In this document: positions 58,144-64,000 of the stretch, in pieces | How the letters are laid out: each line of letters opens with the position of its first letter | Numbering within the stretch: position 1 is the first letter of the stretch | Source of the DNA: a bacterium | GTDB taxonomy: Bacteria; Zhuqueibacterota; Zhuqueibacteria; Residuimicrobiales; Krinioviventaceae | Length of the DNA stretch: 64,000 nucleotides | Assembly (NCBI GenBank): GCA_963675755.2 | Contig: CAXXMD010000002.1 | Coordinates: forward strand, 1,024,001 to 1,088,000 | Direction: 5' to 3' | Program-made: the position numbers and the translations under genes | Notes under the pieces: model-generated | Databases searched by the model: none | Seen by the model: the letters and a program-made list of their open reading frames with translations, nothing else | Told to the model about the DNA's origin: nothing

Positions 58144-60306
58144 TTATCTAACGACAACGAGTTTTTGGTAAGAAACCTGTCCATCAGGGGTTTCAAAAAC
58201 CGCGATATAAACACCACTGTGAATCACCTGTTGGCTGGATGTTAACATGTCCCACTCGGTATGGCCCGATTTTACAGGACTGTCATGCTCCAGTGTTTGT
58301 ACAAGGTCACCATTTTCAGTAAAAATCTTTATTGTTACTTTGGCCGGCAGATTAAAAAACTGCACTGCACGCTGATCGGTAAATCCATATTCTATCAACA
58401 AGGGATCACTGATATTATAGGGATTGGGAACAATTCGAATTTTACTGAGATCATCTTGAGTAAAATGTGGGGGCTTAACCCAGGTAATATTGGGATCTAG
58501 AACGCGTGCACTGTAAATCACATTACCACGGGAAGTGGGATACGCGTTTATATCATCATTATCTATAGTGGCTTTGGCTTGAACGTAATAATAGTAATGC
58601 GCGCCAATTAAAACTTCTTTATCCACATATAAATGCTCGGCAGCAACATCATCAGGACCGGATGAATAGATTTCCTGGAATAATACTGTGTCCATATTAG
58701 AAATACGACGCATGATTCGGTAGCCGGCAAAATTTTCCATTGTTTCCGCTTCTTCATCTACCCACTTGATTTCTACGCCTGTACCCAGGCCGGTAATCTC
58801 TACACTTGATGGTGGTGGAGGTGCCTGTGGGACTTTATAACCATGATCAAAATTCCATTTAGCCCGGCTTGCACTCTGCATTACAGAATCAACACCGGTA
58901 CTAACCCAGCGATTTTTAATCTTGTCGCGTTCAGTTGCACCGGAGGGATATACAAAATTATCGGGGAAATATCCGGTAACCGCATTGGGAATACCTGGTG
59001 GTTCTTCCAGATTATTTTTTGACCATTTGTAACCAATTTCTTTGGATTTACTGATACTTAACCCAGAGTAACCACTGGCATAAACCACATGAAGCTTTGT
59101 TCCGGGTAAAAATGTATATGGACCAAAACTGCTCCACATTTTTGAATCATTATTCTGATGCGTTCCTGCGGGGTGACTTGCAAAATCGGCACTGCCCTGC
59201 TCGTCACTGTTACCACCATGATATGTATCCGGCCAGGTATTTCCACTCATTGGGAAATATTCTGAATACCCGCCACGTATAGCCCAAAAGTTTTTACTGC
59301 CGAATTCATCACCCTGTTCGTTATAAGGTATCAGGTTATCTTTACCTATATAAGTTACTTTCGGTTGTAAAAAATCATCCTGATCATTAACATCCGATGT
59401 ATAGGGTTCTTCTGAGGCATGCAAAATGGAATACCAAACAAATTTTGAATTCAGCAATCTACCGTTTTGTGAAACAGCAGGTGCGCCCATATCGTCACCT
59501 GTAGTTTCAGGGTCATCTGCACTGTATTCATAAAAAACACGCAGAGAATCACCTACACGGCCGCCATAATAATGCTGCCAGGTAATTGAAGGATCATAAC
59601 GTTCACCGGATGCAGGTGCCGGATTATTTCCATATGAACGTAAAGTATTGCTGCCATTGAGCTGCATATTGATAAAAAAGTCCGTCAATGTGTCATCTGA
59701 AACATTGGTAAACGTTACGTCTGTAATGATATAATCATTATGAAAATTCTGGGACCAGGCCATAACTGTGCGATCTATTTGAACTCCCAGAATATTTTCA
59801 GTTGTAACTTTAATAATTTGATCACAAGTCATGTCACCAAATTGAGAAGGATCAATTTCTCCGAATGGATCAATAGTAGATTCTTCAAAATCAACTACCC
59901 TGTCCGCATATGTATATCGGACATAATTGGTCATGGGCTCAACAACTTTACCTACAGGTTGAAAGTCATTTGTTGGACCATACACAGCAACAGTATGCAA
60001 TGTATCAATAGGATCTACCCAATCAGTAGTAGCTAACAGCAATCCACCACCAACCCAGGCATCGCGATATTGTCCACGGGCACCCAATATATCAAAATCA
60101 TTGGGAAAGAATCCTGCCCGAAAATCAAAGCTGCCTTTATCTCCATTGGCAGTAACACCGCTCCACACAGTTCCCATACGGATCTGTGCTTTTTCCAGTT
60201 CTGCCTGCGTTTGTGAAAAAGCATTCACAAACATGAACAACAGCAGGAACAGGATTACAGAGATTGTAATAATTCTGTTATGATAACAGGGTTTTGGAAA
60301 ATTCAT
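58144..60306 (-). CDS. Large exported hypothetical protein with an FN3-like domain and a C-terminal PNPY/Ig sorting-type domain
   Basis: Signal peptide; PQAPPPP, FAGYRI.R, YVD..V..G..YYYYV, IRIVPNPY, IKIFT..GDLV, WD, SGVY. Confidence 0.8.
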   Translation of the reverse strand: MNFPKPCYHNRIITISVILFLLLFMFVNAFSQTQAELEKAQIRMGTVWSGVTANGDKGSFDFRAGFFPNDFDILGARGQYRDAWVGGGLLLATTDWVDPIDTLHTVAVYGPTNDFQPVGKVVEPMTNYVRYTYADRVVDFEESTIDPFGEIDPSQFGDMTCDQIIKVTTENILGVQIDRTVMAWSQNFHNDYIITDVTFTNVSDDTLTDFFINMQLNGSNTLRSYGNNPAPASGERYDPSITWQHYYGGRVGDSLRVFYEYSADDPETTGDDMGAPAVSQNGRLLNSKFVWYSILHASEEPYTSDVNDQDDFLQPKVTYIGKDNLIPYNEQGDEFGSKNFWAIRGGYSEYFPMSGNTWPDTYHGGNSDEQGSADFASHPAGTHQNNDSKMWSSFGPYTFLPGTKLHVVYASGYSGLSISKSKEIGYKWSKNNLEEPPGIPNAVTGYFPDNFVYPSGATERDKIKNRWVSTGVDSVMQSASRAKWNFDHGYKVPQAPPPPSSVEITGLGTGVEIKWVDEEAETMENFAGYRIMRRISNMDTVLFQEIYSSGPDDVAAEHLYVDKEVLIGAHYYYYVQAKATIDNDDINAYPTSRGNVIYSARVLDPNITWVKPPHFTQDDLSKIRIVPNPYNISDPLLIEYGFTDQRAVQFFNLPAKVTIKIFTENGDLVQTLEHDSPVKSGHTEWDMLTSSQQVIHSGVYIAVFETPDGQVSYQKLVVVR

Positions 60307-60344
60307 ATAAACTCCATCCCATTTTAATATCGAACTCGATTAAA

Positions 60345-63300
60345 TTAAAAGTTGAAACGTAAACCAAACCAGATATCACGAGGTTGCCCATATAGCCAAT
60401 ATGTATTGATGGGATCGTTGATATAGGGTTTATCATCTGATCGAAGATCGCCAATCTTGTCATCACCGGGCAGATAATAACCTTCATGCTGTTCACGGAG
60501 ATTGTCATATTTGGGTGAATCATATTCGGGCAATCTCAAAGATGCCATATAGTTTATAAAATCAGAACGCTCATCCAGATCCTGACCAGAGACATATTCA
60601 AACGCGTATCCGCGGTGCATGATACTGTTCTTTATATTGAAAACGTTACTGACATCCACATAAAAAGTAGTATTAATATTGGCAACCTTGAAAGTTTTGG
60701 CAATTTTCAAATCAACCATATAAAATGAAGGCCAGCGCATATTATCGTTTACATAAGGTTCATCAAGCGGATTCCAGGTAAAATAATCACCTGCTTCCCA
60801 TTCAGCAAAAAAGGTTATGTTCCATCCACCCAGAGGACTACTGCCCATTATTTCAGGACCAAAACTGAAAGGTGAACGAAAAGTAACATTCGCATTTAAC
60901 TGAGGAATGGGTAATGAACGGGTTTCCTGTCCTTCGTATAAACCTTCACGGTCATCCAAAACATCTTCTTCAGTATACTCTTCACGTCCGGTCAGACCGG
61001 ATTTTTTCAGCATATAATTGAAATTCAACCAGCCATTAATCCAACTGTTATCCTGTTTCGAGATATTAAGCTCAAATCCCTGAATGTCTTCATATTGGTT
61101 ATTCATCCAGAAATCATAATCAATACCTTCGCTATTCTTATAATTCACATCTCCATTCTCACCGGTCACATCTTTAGAGTATCCGGAAAGTTTTACAACA
61201 TAGCTATCCAAAACATTCAAAGCCGCTCCCAACTCGTACGATATAGTTCGCGGTGGTGCAAGGTTTGGATTCGCCATATCATACAATCCATTCTTTGTAT
61301 AACGGTAGCGATACAGATACATTGTGGAATAAGGAGGATTAGAACGAAAATGTCCGTAATTGAAATAAAATTTAGAGTTGACTGTAATGGGAAAAGATAC
61401 ACCAATACGGGGACTGACAGTAAAATGGTTTTCAATAGGCTGCAGAAATCCCGGATGTTCCTTATCATAAGCTTCCCACAAATCCCAGATATAAGATCTG
61501 CCCTGTTCCAGATAATCAAACAATACTGAATCTTCAGCAAAATTCTGGGGAGTAAACATTTCAACATTATAGGCATCACCAGAGGGCCACTTGCCACCTC
61601 CGCCATAATAATAATCAAAACGCAGACCTACATTCGCAACGATTTGAGAATAACTCATCTGGTCCTGAATAAAAAAGCCAGTCTGGCTCGGAGTACGGTG
61701 ATAATTGAATTCGTAAACGTTATAATAATTTTCATTCCATTTCTGCCAGTGCTGATGATCAAGATCCATATAATTGTATTCAAAACCCGCCTTGGCATAA
61801 TGATTCGAACCAAATTGTGAGGTCAGCTCAAACTTGGCACGATATTGGGATGTACTGGTATTGTCGTACAAGTCACCTTCTTTACGTCTAAAACGTCTTG
61901 AAAGTCCAGGCAGAGCATCATAACTGGGATACTCGTATCCATCCAGCTCGTTGGTACCATACTGCATTTTTCCATATGGCATTTCAGATACGGGAAACGG
62001 GCCAAAATACGTTAGAATGGTATTATCACGTGTATTGCCGGTTGGTGTATCATTCTTTATATTTAAAGCGCTTAGAGTCAATTCCCAAAACATGGTAGGA
62101 TTGAGTATATGGTTTACTGTTAAACCACCCATCATTGTCTTTTGCTTCAGGATGGGGAAAAACGGTTGGTCATACCAATAATCGGGATTTTTGTACACAT
62201 ATTTAACATTATTGATGGGCATAAAACCACCTTCACGGCTTGCATCCGGGAAATCACCCCATGCCGGGCGAATCGGGCTAATACCTTCCTGATATTTCAT
62301 CAAACCGTTAAAGGTTAATGAAAGATTTTCAGAGGGTTGGGCTTTCATCGTTGCCAGGGTGGTGTAGGTTTTCTCGCTACGAAGCGTAACCGGCATTACA
62401 TAATGACGCTCACGGGAATTGTTGGAAATATAAAATGTAGCATTACCCAGCATCTTGCCTATAAGAGGTACCGGACCGCCAAAACCACCATCAAAATTCC
62501 AGTCACTGCCGTCTTCCTGCATTTTATGTTCTGCAAATAGCTTCTTATGCTCATCTGAAACCGTATAGCCTAATTCAGCAAGGCCTTCATAATCGGGTTC
62601 TGCCATGTGCATCCAGGCGGCTAATAAATAATAATCTAAAGGAGTGGCCTGGTCTTCCGGCTCTTTACCCATATTATAGATTTGGGCTGCGGTATTCCAT
62701 CCCATAAAACTGAGATGCTGTTCACGCAGATAATCATTATCTTTCCATGCTTCTTCTGTTCCTACAAAAGCCACCTTAGGATCAAGTAACGGGCGTAATG
62801 CAGGACTATTGGGATCATAAAACGAAGGTCCAAAACGACGAATATGAGAATTATCCATTGAAAACTGGACTGTTCCATGATAGCCGTCATGTGTTCCGCT
62901 TTTGGTTGTTACATTGATCAAACCTGAACGGAAATTACCATATTCAGCATTATAACCACCGGAAAGCAGAGACACCTGTTCTACCGCACTGAGTGGAATG
63001 CTGGTTTCGGCATTACCCACAGCAGCATTCATATATGACAATCCGTTAACCATCATACCCGTTTGATCAGCAGAACCGCCGCGAATGGTCAGGTAGCCGT
63101 TATTTTCAGAAACACCAGGTAACTTTGATAGAAAGGAATTAATTTCGCGGATACCGGTAGCATCCTGTAATTGCACATCCGAGACCACCAATTGCGTGTT
63201 AGAGACTTCAACATGCAGCTGGTCTTTTTCAGCCAGCACAACAACTTCGGAACCCTGAAGCACCTGTGAACTGAGTGAAAAATTAACCTCGGCTCTGCGA

Positions 63301-63596
63301 TCAAGCGAAACCATAAGGTCTTTTTTTACCTGGGTTTCGTATCCCATCATGGTTGCTCTGACAGTATATTTTCCTACCGGAACGTTAATAATGATAAAAC
63401 GTCCATTCAGGTCTGTCGCGGCACCCAAATTGGTCCCTTCAATCATCACATTGGCACCAGCCAATGGATCACCGGTGCCCGCTTCTTTAACGGTACCGGC
63501 AATTCGACTTCGGGTTTGAGCAAAACCAACACTGCTTATAAAAAGTATAAGCAGCAAAATTACCGGGACCCGTTTAATGAAATGATTTTTTAACAT
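60345..63596 (-). CDS. TonB-dependent outer-membrane receptor (CarboxypepD_reg N-domain, plug, barrel)
   Basis: G.PL.GANV..GT..GAATD..G.F.I; plug motifs LPGV, IRGG, GGYNAEYG..SG; SPRIG.SFPIT; C-terminal PR.I.FGLRFNF. Confidence 0.93.
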   Translation of the reverse strand: MLKNHFIKRVPVILLLILFISSVGFAQTRSRIAGTVKEAGTGDPLAGANVMIEGTNLGAATDLNGRFIIINVPVGKYTVRATMMGYETQVKKDLMVSLDRRAEVNFSLSSQVLQGSEVVVLAEKDQLHVEVSNTQLVVSDVQLQDATGIREINSFLSKLPGVSENNGYLTIRGGSADQTGMMVNGLSYMNAAVGNAETSIPLSAVEQVSLLSGGYNAEYGNFRSGLINVTTKSGTHDGYHGTVQFSMDNSHIRRFGPSFYDPNSPALRPLLDPKVAFVGTEEAWKDNDYLREQHLSFMGWNTAAQIYNMGKEPEDQATPLDYYLLAAWMHMAEPDYEGLAELGYTVSDEHKKLFAEHKMQEDGSDWNFDGGFGGPVPLIGKMLGNATFYISNNSRERHYVMPVTLRSEKTYTTLATMKAQPSENLSLTFNGLMKYQEGISPIRPAWGDFPDASREGGFMPINNVKYVYKNPDYWYDQPFFPILKQKTMMGGLTVNHILNPTMFWELTLSALNIKNDTPTGNTRDNTILTYFGPFPVSEMPYGKMQYGTNELDGYEYPSYDALPGLSRRFRRKEGDLYDNTSTSQYRAKFELTSQFGSNHYAKAGFEYNYMDLDHQHWQKWNENYYNVYEFNYHRTPSQTGFFIQDQMSYSQIVANVGLRFDYYYGGGGKWPSGDAYNVEMFTPQNFAEDSVLFDYLEQGRSYIWDLWEAYDKEHPGFLQPIENHFTVSPRIGVSFPITVNSKFYFNYGHFRSNPPYSTMYLYRYRYTKNGLYDMANPNLAPPRTISYELGAALNVLDSYVVKLSGYSKDVTGENGDVNYKNSEGIDYDFWMNNQYEDIQGFELNISKQDNSWINGWLNFNYMLKKSGLTGREEYTEEDVLDDREGLYEGQETRSLPIPQLNANVTFRSPFSFGPEIMGSSPLGGWNITFFAEWEAGDYFTWNPLDEPYVNDNMRWPSFYMVDLKIAKTFKVANINTTFYVDVSNVFNIKNSIMHRGYAFEYVSGQDLDERSDFINYMASLRLPEYDSPKYDNLREQHEGYYLPGDDKIGDLRSDDKPYINDPINTYWLYGQPRDIWFGLRFNF

Positions 63597-63641
63597 TTAT
63601 CTCTCCCTTGAACAAGTACAACTTACCTGTTCTGACAACCA

Positions 63642-64000
63642 TCATCGAATTAATTGCATTTTTATAATTTTAGAGCTTTTTCCGTAACGTAAATATGCAA
63701 AATATAATCCCGAGCTCACCTGTACATTATTTTCATTTGTACCGTTCCAATTCAGCTCATAAGCACCATTATTATGAAAACCTTCAGATAGTTTCTTAAC
63801 CAGTCGTCCTCTTACATCATAGATGCCCAGTGAGATATAATCCGGGGTTGGTATGCTAAAGGAAATAGTTGTAACAGGATTAAATGGATTGGGATAGTTT
63901 CTCAACAGTACAAGACTTGTTGGCACAGTTGCTTCTCTAATATCTGTAGTTGAATTGGGAACCAGGCTATTGATATAATTTTCCAACATGGTATAACCAT
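63642..64000 (-). CDS. 3' end of a secreted protein with a sorting CTD, probably a PL1-type pectate lyase (truncated)
   Basis: Frame open to the edge; GYTMLENYINSL resembles the GYTNxExYxNxL tail of Bacteroidetes-type PL1 lyases; NYPNPFNP..WNG..SSGLY. Confidence 0.65.
   Translation of the reverse strand, partial: GYTMLENYINSLVPNSTTDIREATVPTSLVLLRNYPNPFNPVTTISFSIPTPDYISLGIYDVRGRLVKKLSEGFHNNGAYELNWNGTNENNVQVSSGLYFAYLRYGKSSKIIKMQLIR

Overview
AT-rich bacterial window with three parts. (1) 1-37.3 kb, all on the minus strand: a flagellar/chemotaxis supercluster. In transcription order: small CxCG protein, sensorless histidine kinase, sigma54 response regulator, flgBC, hypothetical, fliEFGHIJ, MotE/FlbB-like gene, giant fliK, flgD, TIGR02530 gene, flgE, motAB, fliL, fliMNOPQR, flhBAFG, hypothetical, fliA, hypothetical, cheY, cheX, cheA, MCP, cheW. 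Sigma54 and sigma28 promoters are readable. Flagellin, flgFGHIKL, fliDS and cheR/B are not seen in this window. (2) 37.6-50.4 kb: mixed genes, including a Tat-exported enolase-superfamily enzyme, a beta-propeller GH, marR-doxX, lipoproteins, a VWA protein, a lipid kinase and an acyltransferase. (3) 50.5-64 kb: a pectin-utilisation locus with GH28, PL10 and a probable PL1 at the window edge. It is built around a TonB receptor, a CTD-bearing protein and a PorV-like barrel with no SusD, plus a secreted protein made of five tandem ~220-aa jelly-roll-like modules. Gene content suggests a non-Bacteroidetes FCB-type lineage such as KSB1 or Calditrichota (inference only). Best leads: a structured RNA between the TIGR02530 gene and flgE, the SusD-less TBDR/PorV module, the 5x repeat protein, and several flagellar regulators with degenerate canonical motifs. 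All calls come from reading motifs by eye; no database searches were run. No tRNA, rRNA, CRISPR or mobile element was seen.
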